Shown here: positions 36,832 through 50,009 of the stretch, piece by piece | How the letters are laid out: each line of letters starts with the position of its first letter | How positions within the stretch are numbered: position 1 is the first letter of the stretch | Assembly: GCA_051362555.1 (NCBI GenBank) | Contig: CM120647.1 | Span: 7,378,001 to 7,442,000 of the forward strand | Reading direction: 5' to 3' | Length of the DNA stretch: 64,000 nucleotides | From: Lingula anatina | Lineage: Eukaryota; Animalia; Brachiopoda | Notes under the pieces: model-generated | Told to the model about the DNA's origin: nothing | Database searches by the model: none | What the model saw: the letters and a program-made list of their open reading frames with translations, nothing else | Translations under genes and position numbers: made by a program

Positions 36832-39800
36832 TAATCTCTTATATGATAAAAAAAATCTATAAGTTAATATTTAATATATTTCTAGCCCAGGTTGGCCAGT
36901 TTCAGTCTCTTTGGGAAATGCTCTCAAAGCTCCCAAGTGGACAGAAAAATAAAAAAAAAATTCAGTTAATCTTTTTAGTGTCTTATGCAGTGCCAGCCCA
37001 TTACAGCAACATAGTAGTGGAAGGGCTTTAGCTAAAGCTATCAAATGGAAAAATACAATGAATATAAATCTATGGAATAGTGCAACATTAAAAAAAAAAT
37101 CTTATTCTTTTCTTCAGTGTCTTGGCCCAGTGTCGGCCAATTTCAGTCAGTATCGGGAATGCTATCAAAGCACTCAAGTGGCACATCAACCATACACCAA
37201 GTGAGATGCCAGACTCGGAGTTTTTTTTCTTTTCTAAACAGTTTAAGCTGAAGCACATCCAGGGTCTTAAGACCACCAAGCCATTAATGCCTATAATGTA
37301 TTTCCAAACAAGCCAAATTCATGTCTGTTTGTGGTCATACAAAATTTTTATATGTCTGGATGGCTGCCAGGTTAAAAACTTCTAGGTTACTGGCCATTCA
37401 GAGTACCAGAAGTCATATAATCTGCTGGCCCAAATCTGGATTCACTGGTCCAGATATGAATTTCAATAAGACTGGATATTTATGCCTGTTACATTAAAAC
37501 TTGATTTTGACAAATATGACTTTTAAATAAGTTGATGCCTCTTATAGGTCTATAAAACCGTTTGGCATATTTGGCTTTGAGTCTTTAAGCTTGGGCAATT
37601 CATCTCTGCAAATAAGTTGTGTACTTCAATGTTTGTAATTTCATATTTATGTGATTTATATAATGTTTGGTAGAAATCTTTTACACAATTTCTCTTAAAA
37701 AATGAAACTTTAAGGTAATAAATATGGAAATTGTGAGGAAAATTAAAGATTTCGTTTTTTTCCCCAGGCCAAAAGAAATTTGGATGAAGTTATTGAAGAT
37801 TTGCTGCAAGAAAAGATAGTTTTAGCTGGAAAAGCCATATCTCTAACTGCTCTGCAGAAAATCCAAGATGGGGATGTCCTTCTAGTGTTTGGTTGGTGAC
37901 TGGTGAACACTTTTTTAGGTTTGATTATTTTTTTTCAACTTTTTGAACAAACTTTTTCTAAGTTGGGATAGTTATACTAATGGTGAGAGTTTTAATTTTT
38001 TTCCTAATAGTGAAACATATTCAGTTTAAACATGTATGCTAAACATTTGCTTCTCTTTTCAGCTCTTCTTTGATCCGGAAGATACTCTGCCATGCACACT
38101 GCAAAGGGAGACAGTGTTATCGTCGTTGATGGTTGTCCAAAGTTAGAACATACAGAGATGCTCCGTCGCCTTGTTAGACATGGCATTAACTGTTCTTATG
38201 TTCTCATCAATGCAGCTTCTTACGTTATAAAGGAGGCCAGTGAGAGGGGTGTTTCCAGGATTTGGGTACAGGTGAAGACTGGTGAAGACTCACAAAAAAT
38301 AAACCTACTTGGACAACTGAAAACAGTGCGAGAACCTTAGCCTCCTGAACCTGGTCTATGGCGTCATACCAGAGTTTGTTACCATGGTGTTTACGGAAAT
38401 TAGGGTCATTCTTTGCACCTCCGTACCAGTTGTCTTGAGGGTAAAGCAGACGGAGACACCTCAATAAGCATGGGTAGGCAGATACAGCGCCATCTTTTTT
38501 TCTGAAACACGGTGGATTCAGATTCAGTCTTTTTTGACAAAGGAAGAACCTATCTATCCCAATGGGGATTGAGGGAGGGGGTGGAGAGAGGACACAACGA
38601 AGCTCATGAATCATATTTTGTAAAAGTGGCATACTGGAATGCTAAGCATTTTCCTTGGGTGTGGGGTAGAAGCAGTGGCTGCCCCTCTCCACCCCCTGCT
38701 CTCCACTTGGTATCTTTTATCCAGCTTGGTATCTTTTTGATGGAATGACTATTTAAGAAGATATATATGATGATTGATAATACATTTGTGCCACTTCTTA
38801 AGATATTTAATTGGTTTGTATTCTAACAAATGCATTTATGTACAACAATCATGGAAAAGAAACCTAAAGTGATTGAAGATGTTGTTGTTATTTTCTAGCT
38901 TCAATCTAAATTTAAAAGTCTAATATCCTTGAACAGAAGCAATACTGATAAAGTATTTTATTCCTTGAGTAGGTAACCAGTGTCTGTTTAAAAAATGAAA
39001 GGCAGAAATAATGAAATTCAAAAGTGAATTAATGTAAAATGAGTCTCAAGCCAACCTGACAAGTACCCTCCACTCTGTTCTTGTTTCTAGGCCGATAACC
39101 GTTACCAGTGTGGCAGAATTAGAGACATTTTCCACATTAACACCCTGTAACTTTTGACCAGATGGAAGCAATTAAAATGCACACGTTCATATAGCATTGT
39201 ACCTGCTCTGTAGGGGACTACTACAGAAGATTCCTCAGTTAACCTCAAGCTGAAGTAACAAGCTATTCAGAAGGGGCTAATTTTATCCGTCGCAAAAGAG
39301 CAAGTGGTTAGACTTAGAGAAATTAACTGTCTTGATTCCTGTCAAGGGAACTTGGCTTTGCAAACAATTACCAGTAATCATGTAATCATGCATCCTTGAG
39401 ATTTCATCAAAGGATTACAGAGAACCAAATGATTGTCTATTTGTCTAAAGACATATCTGTGAATATCTTGTGAAAAATCAATCTGTGGCCCCAGTAGAGG
39501 GTACCAATTACCCATGTCTGAGTGTTCAGGTTGGTAGTTTTCATATTCAGACAATGTAAGTGTATGTGTATATTCTTGTCGGTTTGTCTGTGCGTCCTAG
39601 CTGTCCAACACGTGCTGTTCGCCACATAACTGCCAAACCGTATTTTTGTCTTACTTTGAATTTACTGATTGGCTTTGTTTGGTAAAGATGCAGGTTTCTT
39701 TCCCAAATGGCATGACGATTTGCATTACAGTAAAATTTTTTCTGTTTTTTTCTTTATCTTTTTTTTTACTGTGTCCTGTGGACACTAAGTCCTTGAAATG

Positions 39801-41256
39801 CCTAAGTCTGCCATTCCTAGGAAAGGGAACGAAAAAACGACTACAATTGTAGATTAGATTACGATCTTCATTTTAATATTCAATGACTAAAAATAATATC
39901 AGATTTGCACCATTCACTGCGCCTTTTATAATACTTGGCCTCTTCCCGTTACATAAATACCTTATTTTTTGGTTAGACCGCGCACCAAATGCAACTGTTT
40001 GGGAGCATTCCCATCGAGGAGAGCTGAGGTCTAACAAGGCCGCGACCTAAATATGGCGGACCTACATGAAAGGAAGACCGCTAATCTTTTAATGGTCTCT
40101 CACACGCCTCCCCACGCATTGTCCCTCGACCGGTTGAACTGAGGTGAGATTTAATTACAGTGGTAGTAACAATTATGTTTCCGTTGTAGACCGGTTTAAC
40201 AACGTTTGAAATGTTTTAATCCCTGTCCTGTGAATAGAAAGGGGCGGACAAACAATGGAGAGCAGTGTTAATCATTTCAAAATCCAAACGCACAAACACA
40301 ATAGCTTACGTGGAATAACGCAATACTTAAGACGAGTGAGCCCCATGACGCCGGTTTCTGTGGTCCAGAGCGAGAGCGACGATTAACTGTACCTAGGTGT
40401 AATAAACAGCAGGATACATCAGTCAGAAAATCCCTATTGTTTGTTGCGGCGGTAGGATTATAACTTTAAGAGGCTAGAACCCATGCTACCGCGTGCCACC
40501 GTAGCGAACTGTCTTTTTGTTCACTAGCTTGGCACACGCAGCTGATCATGTTTTAAGTGTTGCTAGCAAACTGCTAGTTTAATTTGGTATCAGTTATTTA
40601 ATTCAATGTGAATTTCCCGTAGTCAAAAATTGAACTAAGTATTGTTTGTTTGATTAATATGCATTAGCGTCAGCATCAACCACAAAAAATTCTTATTGTG
40701 TAGCCTCAATTACTAAAAATATTTATTTGATATGGACAATTGGCTTGAACCAGGTTCACAAGGTTTTGTTAACCTTGTGAATGACACATTCTCCATCGTC
40801 ACCGTTGAATTAACATCATTATTTTACAGCAATAATCTTATTTAACAATCTTATTGTTTAGGCCAGGTTTAAGTTTGTTTTAAGAAATAATCTCAAATGA
40901 AAACAATTTTAGCCAAATTGGTTAAATTATCAGTAAGGATATAAAGGATATATTAAAGGAAGTACCACTGAGTGTGAAAATATCCATCTTATATATATAT
41001 ATTTGCACCAGATTTTTGTCTACCACGTCGAAAATAGCTTGACGTTATTGGGGAACTTTTTCAAGTCTAGGGTCCAGAGAAGTAACGTTAAGGGCACAAA
41101 ACTTCACATCATTGTTTCAGAAAATGTCTGGGTTATAATCTGCTTCTCTCCACAGATTATCGTACTGTTTATTGTCCCAAGTCATTGGATAACCTGTGTC
41201 ATTTTCTTTGCAATAAAAACACCAGTACTGATCTCTGCTTTTCTTAGCGCGTATAG

Positions 41257-43049
41257 TTAGTGAAAGAGTTTAAGAAACAAACACGCCAATCCCACAAAAT
41301 TAAGTGCCCAAGGCACTTGACGGGCGCATCCCCTGCTACAAACAAACGTGCCGTTTCCAGAAGTAGAAGTAGGCGGCACTGCTGCGTCAGAGACGTTCCT
41401 GGATGTGCGATTAAACACGACGCTTGCATCAAAAGGTATGTTGCCAATGGAGAGCTGGTTGCCAATGTCTTGGATATAAGCTGCGACTCGATCTTCAAAT
41501 CGTTCGAACCAACGCAAGCCGTCAGGGATGCGGGGGACAGATTTCGCCAGTTTAACTGGTATACGAACAAGGGTGTATTCTCCATGGAACGACGGGGTGC
41601 CGCATCCTGTTTTTAAGGTATCACCATACATCCCTTCGTGTAAGGGGTCGATGTAGAGCGAGGACTGGGTCGTGAATAAACTGATCGAGATGCATGCTTC
41701 GAACAAGACAACCAAGTCTTGCCAGCTTTGTTTTGGGGTTAGTTTCAGGGTCAGAATGAACTGCATGTTGACGAAGCCGGTCAAGGGTAACAAACATCCC
41801 GGGTCCTTCTCTTGGCATGAATGCTGTTGGCACGATTTCTAAAAACAAAAGTCAAAAATTTTAATCAAAGAAATAAATTCAGCAGTTAAAAAACAAGCGA
41901 TAAAAATGCATATTTTTTTACCCGTTCTAAACTTTTAATTTTTTTTCTTAATTGCTGGCCATCAGAAAAGCGAAAACATATCAATTTTAGGGAGCCATTT
42001 ACGCTGTCAAAAGCATCGCAGGGAAAACCGTATGCAATTTCATCGTGCCGCGCCCGTGCCAAATGTAATTTATATTTGTGTCAGGAAGCGGTAAAATTAT
42101 TATTTTTCATTTGTTTTAATCATTCATGACATAAATCTATAAAAATATTTAAAACATTTATTGTCCAAAAATCGTTGATTAAATTCATTTGTTTGGCGAC
42201 TTAATAAACCCATGCTAAAATCATGCAGCAAGATGCCTGCGACTTTTACTCAGACCAGGCTCAGATAAACCCATCGTACTAGCTGGATCGATCCAAATCT
42301 GCGGCGGATTTTCACTAAAATGCATTCATTGTAATCAGCTTCATTATCTGACATGCATCCTCGAGTATAAGAACTTCCGAGCGCCTGGCGCCGATGCCGA
42401 TAGTTAATTTGCTCCTTCCTTGTCGAGCACCCGTGTCAGACAATTAAGCTGTTTACATTAACTGCACTGAAGTGATAATTCCCACAGAGTTGGATCGATC
42501 CAGGTAGTACGATGGGTTAATCTGCAGGCATTATACTGCCAGTGCGAAGGGTTTATCTGACCCCCCCCCCCCCTCTTTACGGACCGCCTGAATTTTGCAA
42601 GATTCGATTTTCTATTCACCGATCAAGAAGAAATAAGCACCAAGATTTCCTAACAGCTTTATTCCTACTGCCTATGTCCTCCCTTGTCCTAAAGGGGAGC
42701 AAGTGGGTCCCTCACAGTATGATGGTCCCGCCTGACCCACTGAAAACATGGGCCTCATCTGCATCCAAAGGACGTTTTTGATCCAACGGCATAGGCCTAC
42801 ATTGTGTGATAGACCTTTATGATGATTAACAATCTAGGTAGTTTAAGCTTTTTTACTTCACAATGGTATCCCTAATACAATGATAAAATGGATTTTTCCA
42901 AACAGTTTGCAGTGTAAATTTCTGCACATATATCGTTATTGGTAAACGAATGCCTGTTCCCCTCTCCATTAATGACTGTTATTCTGTATTGAATTTTCCA
43001 TGAAAATTCAATATTTGTTGCGTAAAGGTATAGCGCTCAGATCTATTAC

Positions 43050-43118
<69 letters not shown>

Positions 43119-45388
43119 ATTGTAGACAACACACAAAATTGTACCAAATTTCTTTCAACCACCAATACGGTTATCGCAGTTATTCTGAAATCTGTGCTTG
43201 CCGTCGGACCACTTGGACCTGTATGCATGGTTACCTGTCTTAACAGATTATTTTGTTTCTAAAAGATCACACTTTAAAGAAAAAAATGTAATTGACTAAC
43301 TTTCAATGCCGAAAGTAATTCATTAAAACCGGAAAGTATGGGAAAATGGTCGTTTACCCCAGAAAAATTGTCTTTTCGGCATTTTCCTTTCCCCATCAAA
43401 TAAAGAGTTGTTATCCTTTTCAACAACTTGAGTATATTAATACATTCATTCCAAACGTTCCATGCTTACGTCGTGCTTATTTTCTTGACATCTCATTTCT
43501 TTCTGGAAGTCTATGACAGCGGAGAAACCAAGTGAATCTAATATCTTGAGATCACTTGCCTCTGAAAGAAGAACATACTGTTAGTGCTCATTTCCAATGA
43601 AACTATCAGTCTACGGAAATCGATGCAACTTCGCAGGGACTCTCACTGAATGCAACGAAATTAAAAGATTTACACTCCTCCTGTTGCTTCTGACGTACTA
43701 GTATAATCACCAATTTTTCTGTATAATACTCAGGAGGAGGCTTGTCATCTTTTAAACTGATTGCATTCATCGAAAATCCCTGCGTAGTTGGATCGATCTA
43801 TGTAGACCGACAGTTTTATTATAAAGGAGTCCTTAGATACCCACAGAGAGTCAGATGTGCTTCTTCTACGGATTTCCCAACAATGAAACAATGCATTAGG
43901 TGAACTTAAGTTTTATGAATTTAGCATAAGTAGGATAAATGTAGAAAGAACCTGGCCTGACATTAAGATGAACGTATTAAGGCAACGTTTCATACCTTTT
44001 TATTACAAAAAACAAAGAAAAAATAACAAAAACGCGAATTTAGCCTTCCTTTCCCTTTAATAAGTAGATTGAATATACACAGGTAAAACAAATGGATCAT
44101 TTCATGCAATTTTAGGAGCCCCCCCAGTTTAAAATTAAGGCAAAACCTATATCTTTTTCGACATACCGTGTTCATCACATTCCTGAATTTCTACCCCTAT
44201 CGCACTGGGCAGTTGACACAGCCAACAAAAAACGTTTCGTCCATAGCCGTATCCGATAAGAGAGTGGTAATAGGTTATGGACACAGGCTTCGTCTGGCAA
44301 AGTGTGACTAGGTCCTTGTCGGCATAATAATTGCATCGGTCGTCTTGTAGGCCTCTTACGGGGTCATGACTCCCCCCAGGACCGATGCAAGGACGCCCTG
44401 GGTAACGCTCCGGGGATTCAAATAGCACCATACAATCGGGCAACGAGAATACCTTTTCCAGAATTCCCGAGGAAGTTGTTGCATTCACAAACGTTTCGAA
44501 TTGGGTTTTTTCGCAGACTATTTTGGGCGTCCACGCTTGGAAATTCACGACGCCATGACAGGCGGCACAATAGATATTTTTAAAAGTGACATTGTGCTCT
44601 TTTGACGAAACAGGTAGAAGAACATCCGTTTTGGTTGGGATGCCGCTAAACTCACACTTCGCCCTAACCGCTGCGTCGGTCCATTGCTGCGGACACGACT
44701 TAACGACCCAGTAGTACTTGCTGTAAACGCCCAAAATTTCTTGAGTGCCCTGTAACCAACACTCCGTGTGATTTGGCTCGATAAACATTTCTGTTTGCTT
44801 TATGTCTCTGCAGTAACGATCGAGTGGCCAGCAACAATCATCAAAAATAGAACAAACATCGTCACAGTAGCACGTCACCCGTACATTGTCTTTATAGTCA
44901 ACACTTTTCGTTGCACTGCCCTCAATAAGGACGCAAAACGGTCGATTAACGGGGTAAGTGAGCAGCAATTCATCCAGCGGGCTTACTGTTGTTGGTAAAT
45001 CGACTGCATACAATGGCGATGAAATACCTGAACGATTCTCAACCCCTATTCCACTGAAAGATTCTGATGATGATGTGCTGTTGTGCCAGGAAAGGGTTCC
45101 AGTCAAAGTGAAGGTTTCATTTATTCCTCGAAATCTCTTTTTGCTTTCTGCGTTGTTCCTCCGGAAACGTTTTTTCACGTTTGACTTCTCGCTTTTGCTT
45201 GAGATATGTTTCTTTCCATCAATTTCTGACATATTTTTGTGAGAATCTGTATCTGTTAGAGGTTTCCTATCTTCACCCAAAATTGCCAATGAAATACCTT
45301 TTGCTCTTTGATTCATCAAGTAAGGTTGTAAAACATACTGGTTCCAGGTAATAAAGAAAATGACTAAAGTAAATAATGGGAAGTTCAT
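41257..45388 (-). CDS. Cys-rich putatively GPI-anchored protein, copy B (exons 45388-44167, 43561-43470, 41838-41257; ~631 aa)
   Basis: Same splice sites and phases as copy A. Open throughout, ending ..CSRGCARQVPWALNFVGLACLFLKLFH*. The ORF-track start at 45397 is GTG; the first ATG is at 45388. Confidence 0.85.
41870..42790. mobile_element. Insertion in intron 2 shared by copies B and C (58400-59400) but absent from A; contains a ~265-bp inverted repeat
   Basis: CAGATAAACCCATCGTACTAGCTGGATCGATCCAA (42262) is mirrored by TTGGATCGATCCAGGTAGTACGATGGGTTAATCTG (~42490-42524). Copy A runs from ~17165 directly to TAGGCCT..ATTGTGT at ~17200. Confidence 0.6.
43034..43097 (+). repeat. Poly(A) tract of ~64 nt
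   Basis: Directly visible; the paralogous site at ~59681-59693 has only a short A run. Confidence 0.9.
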
Positions 45389-45455
45389 GTTGAACACTTT
45401 GCCTGTCTTTCTGACAATTCCTTGAATGAGCAGTGTTTGGCTCTCTTTCTCTTTC

Positions 45456-45489
<34 letters not shown>

Positions 45490-46297
45490 ATGCAACCAGC
45501 TCAGGGATATATCTCAGGTACCGCCTTGTAATCCTCAGTGCGTCCCTGGTTTCTCTAAAACGTGAAAAAAGTAGCAGCCTCAGCCAATCAGAAGGTTTTT
45601 CCTTTTAACTTTGATTTAAGATTGATGTGAAAAAGGCGAGGCTTCTAACAGTAAGTATACATTGCACCTTAGATCACAGCATTAAATACGTTGCATCTTT
45701 ACAAGACAATGACAGCATTGTTTTTTTAAAAAAATTCAGTCCAAATGTGCATGTTTTGATTGGTCTGTTTGTGGAATATCACCATTGCCTGATCTCTGCC
45801 TTTTCAATTGTGATGATGCTTCATTACTGACAAGTATAATTTTTAACAAGCCAATCATACAGGGCAAAATACCTGATATCTAGAACACCATTCCAGCCAT
45901 TCCTATACGTGTATCAAGGACAGGGCTTATGAACAGATTAGGCTTTTCCTAACTCGAACCTCAGATTTGTGTGCACAAATGCTCAAATGAACAAACCCAG
46001 CAACGAGTTAAATTCCCGACGTAAAGTCACTTGCCATTTGCACAGCGTTTCATTACACAAACCGATTGTCCGCCTATCTACCCCTTCGGTGAGTTCATTA
46101 ATTTGAGTGTGAATGTTAGCAAACGAAGAGAAGTTATTGTAGACTACAGAATAAACAAAATGAAATAAAAATTGCGGTGAAAGTGTTATATAAGTCTGTA
46201 ATTTCGATTTATTGGGTGTTCAACAAGTAGAGTGGTCTCATCTGAAGTGGTAAAAAACGAAACTACGAAAACGACAAGACTACGAATGCACTTTTAA

Positions 46298-46591
46298 AGG
46301 CATAACAACTCTTCGTATGAGATCTATATTTCACAATAAATTAAAAAAAAAAAAAACTTACAGAAATACAGAAAAAATCTACGGCGGTTACCACATATTC
46401 TGTAATCTGTTCTTGCTATCGGAGCACGTGACCTCCAAGGATGTAGTAGATGTAGTAATTGATTATATTAAAAAAAACTTTAAGAAAAAACAACAGGTTC
46501 TAACTTTAAATGTAGGGATGGATTTATTAACCAATCTGGTTTACCCCCAGGAAAGTCCATTTCAAGACCAAAATGAATTGTTGTTATCCCC
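46298..46591. mobile_element. Kolobok-like TTAA MITE (paralogous copy at 62944-63262)
   Basis: TTAA-AGGCATAACAACTCTTCGTATGAGATC...TTGTTGTTATCCCC-TTAA; same family as 2659-2995. Confidence 0.75.
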
Positions 46592-48970
46592 TTAAGAAAT
46601 TTTAGGACTTTTACTAGAAATCTGCTCATCTTGCTATTCGTGCACAAATATGTCTTAGATGTATTTATAAAAAGAGCCCATTTTTTCTTTTTGGTATTTC
46701 AGAGTGAGGATGGTAACCTTTGGTACAGTTTAGAACTATGATACAGCTAGTCAAAATTCTTGTTTCAAGAGGGGACCATTGGTGTGATTTTTTTCAGTAG
46801 TCAAAGAAGGAATCAGGACGCTACAACTGTGAAAAAAAAAAGAAAAAGATAGTAAAGACGAAAAATGACGTGATTTCAACAGGGTAATCGGGCCCGTAGC
46901 CAGCAGTTTCAAAAGGCTGGTTCTTTTTCTGAAAAAAGATACCTTTTAGAACGAACCCTTCCTGTACTTACATCAAATTTTATCAAGAATGGACTTTTTC
47001 CCGGCAATAAGGGCATTTCTTTGGTGAATTGGGATTTTCAGTGTGGGCAAATTGCATCATTGTGCTCGTTAGCAGTGAAAGGATGCCTTATCAAATAATT
47101 TTGAATGATCAAAGAATGTTGCATAACATCTCGATGAAGCTAAAGATTACGCAAGAGACACTGTAAAGAGCAGCATCGGGTTACTGCATGCAGCGCCAGA
47201 CTTCATTATGCGCAAAGAAAAGATCCATCCACTTGTTATAATTCAACCACAGTCTTCTCAATGTGGTTCAGGTTTGTCTGTTTTCCATATCTAAAACACA
47301 AGAGAATACATCATAGCCTTTCATAGGCATATCGCTTTTGCAACCGTAGACGCAGAGAGTAATTAATTAGCGCTTAAATATCACTGATCAAAAACTCTGA
47401 AAGAAGGAAACGATAAAAAGAAGCTGTGGCACACATGAAATATGCGAGTATTTCTATGTTCACTGTCAACGGATGAATCGACAGATAAAATAATGTACTG
47501 AAAGGCGACCCACGGGATTTCAGTATTTTTAGAATGTCCCATCTGGTGTCCGGCAAATAAATTTTCTGTTGAGCCTTTGCAACTGCGTTCCCCCATTTAA
47601 GAAAGAATGCCAGTCATTCTAACCAGCAGACAAGTGCAGCAAGGTGACAGTTCACAGAATTTGACCATTTTGGGCTGAAATACTGCAGATTTTCTGCAGC
47701 AAACATGCAAATCATTTATATGTTTATTTTCTCCTCATGTACAGTGTACTTATATATTTACAATATTCATATACGATGCATTTTGTTGATAAATATGACC
47801 CTTCATAAGACATTCAATCAAAAAATACAACCCGCCTTGTTTGCACTGTCCCCTTTTTTCACCCCACCTCCCAAAATCATGTTTGAACATGGTGAATTTC
47901 AAAGGTTCATATACCCACTAGCAGAAGCCCTATGGCTGTCAAAACTGTATGGGTCTGTTAAGGCACATTAGGAAGATAAAATATAAAAGAGATCCTGGTG
48001 ACCTTTTATTTTGTTCACGATGCATCGATGTTTTCAAATGTATAAATTTATATGGGTGTTGCTTCTTTCTTGGTCAGTCATACCTGCTCATTCCCTCTTA
48101 TCACGGCACAATATGTCGTACAAGAGTAGGTAATTACCCCCTTACAGATATTTTAACCATTAAACTGATGCACTGGTGATTTGTGATATTTGTACAGCGT
48201 TGATCAAGACATTTTAATGGTTGAGGATTAAAACGTTTTTTAAACCTGCTAGTTGACTCAAGTTTCTACCCTTTGCTCAAGAAAATAAAACACGTGTGTC
48301 ACCCTTTCTCACTGATAACAGTTAATATTTAGATGCCGTCAAAACAGACATCGGATAAATCACAGATCTGTCCATATCCGTGAAAGGTCGACAAACAAGG
48401 GTACAAATTTGAATATTTAACAACATCATTTTGATATGTTTAGAAATATTTACAGGTAAACAGTGATATAATAATTAATCAACAAACCATACACGTTTTT
48501 GATATATTTAATCATATAAAGAAAAATGTATTTATTTTAAGGGGTTGACAGAAAATTTCAGACTACAGATACAGGTAGGTCCGGGTAGGACAATACATAA
48601 ATATTACTAGATTATCACTAGATTACTGTCAGCTTAGCCGGCTTAATCGTCTGTCCCGCCTACTAAAAGTATGGAGGTGTAATCAACCACCGTGCGCGCT
48701 CTGCTGACATCAGTTTAGCGTGAGCCCCCAGGGAGTTAGGTCGATCTGTATCAATGAGAATGCAGTCATAGATATAGAATAAATTCCATTTTCCCACAAA
48801 ATGGGAGGTTTTCGCAATTATTCTGAAATCTGTGGTTGCCATTGGACTTCGTGTCCTACATACATGTACATGGTTACCCTCTCTTAACAGATTGAAAAAA
48901 CTAACTGTAAACATCGGAACGGATTCATTAATCATTGGTATATAAAGGTAAACTCTGGTTTACCCCAGGG

Positions 48971-49013
<43 letters not shown>

Positions 49014-50009
49014 TCAAAATGAACATTTGTTATCCCTTACACAGTGCAAAGAAATCAAGGGTTAAGACTGCATGCACACCTCAGTCTAATTACATTTCAG
49101 TACTATTGCAAATATCTTAAAGGATGACATTCATATAAACACCATTTCTTTCTTACATGATGCATTTTACTGGAAATTCGAGCTCATAATTTTCTGCAGG
49201 TTTGCTCCTGGTCATAAACTGATTTTAACTATGGAATAGCGACGGACAGAATATTCTCATGGTGTGTATCTTCACTGATGGTGCTTTAAGACTCATGCTT
49301 CTCAGGTCTAACACTGTGCTATGTAATTGATGACTGCCAAATTATATATTTTATTAATATTACACATTTTGCTTGCCTTTTGTAATTTGTTATGAACCGT
49401 CTTGCTACCTTACTTAAGGTCTGTGCTTGTGCAATTTGGCATATTTTCTTGCAAGAAATGATTTTTAGATTCTGAAAAGAAACTAAAACTTTGACGGATT
49501 TGAATCCATTACATTGACATATTATGAAGAAACACATGCGCATGTACCATACTGTTTTGCTTGTCATTTTATTTAACAAAACATGCATATAAATATTAAT
49601 GTTTTATTTTCTGCTTTCTTATAGCTAATTATTGTTGTAGTAATTATCCAGATAAAGTAAGCTGAAGAAATTAAAATACAGGTATTCATAATTTTCAAGG
49701 TGTGGTTTCTCCTAGTTGCAGAGATTACTGGATATAATTATCTGCACTATTAGCATTTGCCTGCATTTTCTAATAATCTCTAAAATTCAACGTTTGATGT
49801 GGATGCTACTGCATAATGTACACTTGCTACTTACAGCTGAATGAAAAGAAATCATGATTGCATGCCAATGTCGCTTATGTTAATTAGTAAACAGCAACTG
49901 TTATGTTAAATTTATGATTAATTACAACAATTTGAATCTGAATTAAGTTAAAATGTGCATTTATTTTGCGATTTTTTGATTATTTTATTTTTATAAAGAG
50001 AAATGAAAT

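Larger units (their letters stand above)
33260..38467 (+). pseudogene. EIF2B4: eIF2B-delta pseudogene, copy 2
   Basis: Exons ~33260-33565, ~33822-34035 (DHLKVDDAATQKK.AKKLE.QQ.P..FRHLQQFER), 34334-34430, 35693-35770, 37118-37220, 37769-37896, 38063-38234 and ~38281-38467 (LSLLNLVY..CTSVPVVLRVKQ). Contains frameshifts and stops, and the HALLANG/CCETYKF exon is deleted. Confidence 0.92.
32570..48800 (+). repeat. Segmental duplication unit 2
   Basis: Same order of EIF2B4 exons, convergent Cys-rich gene and upstream flank as units 1 and 3. Boundaries are approximate. Confidence 0.85.

Noticed and set aside
41621-41848. Direct exon 1-to-exon 3 splice reading EIVPTAFMPREG..
   Set aside because: This frame has an early TGA in copies A and C; the 92-nt middle exon restores the conserved KSCQQHSC frame.
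43034-43097. Poly(A) tail of a retrocopy
   Set aside because: No upstream retro-sequence or TSD; the paralogous position has a short A run, so this is slippage expansion or a homopolymer artefact.
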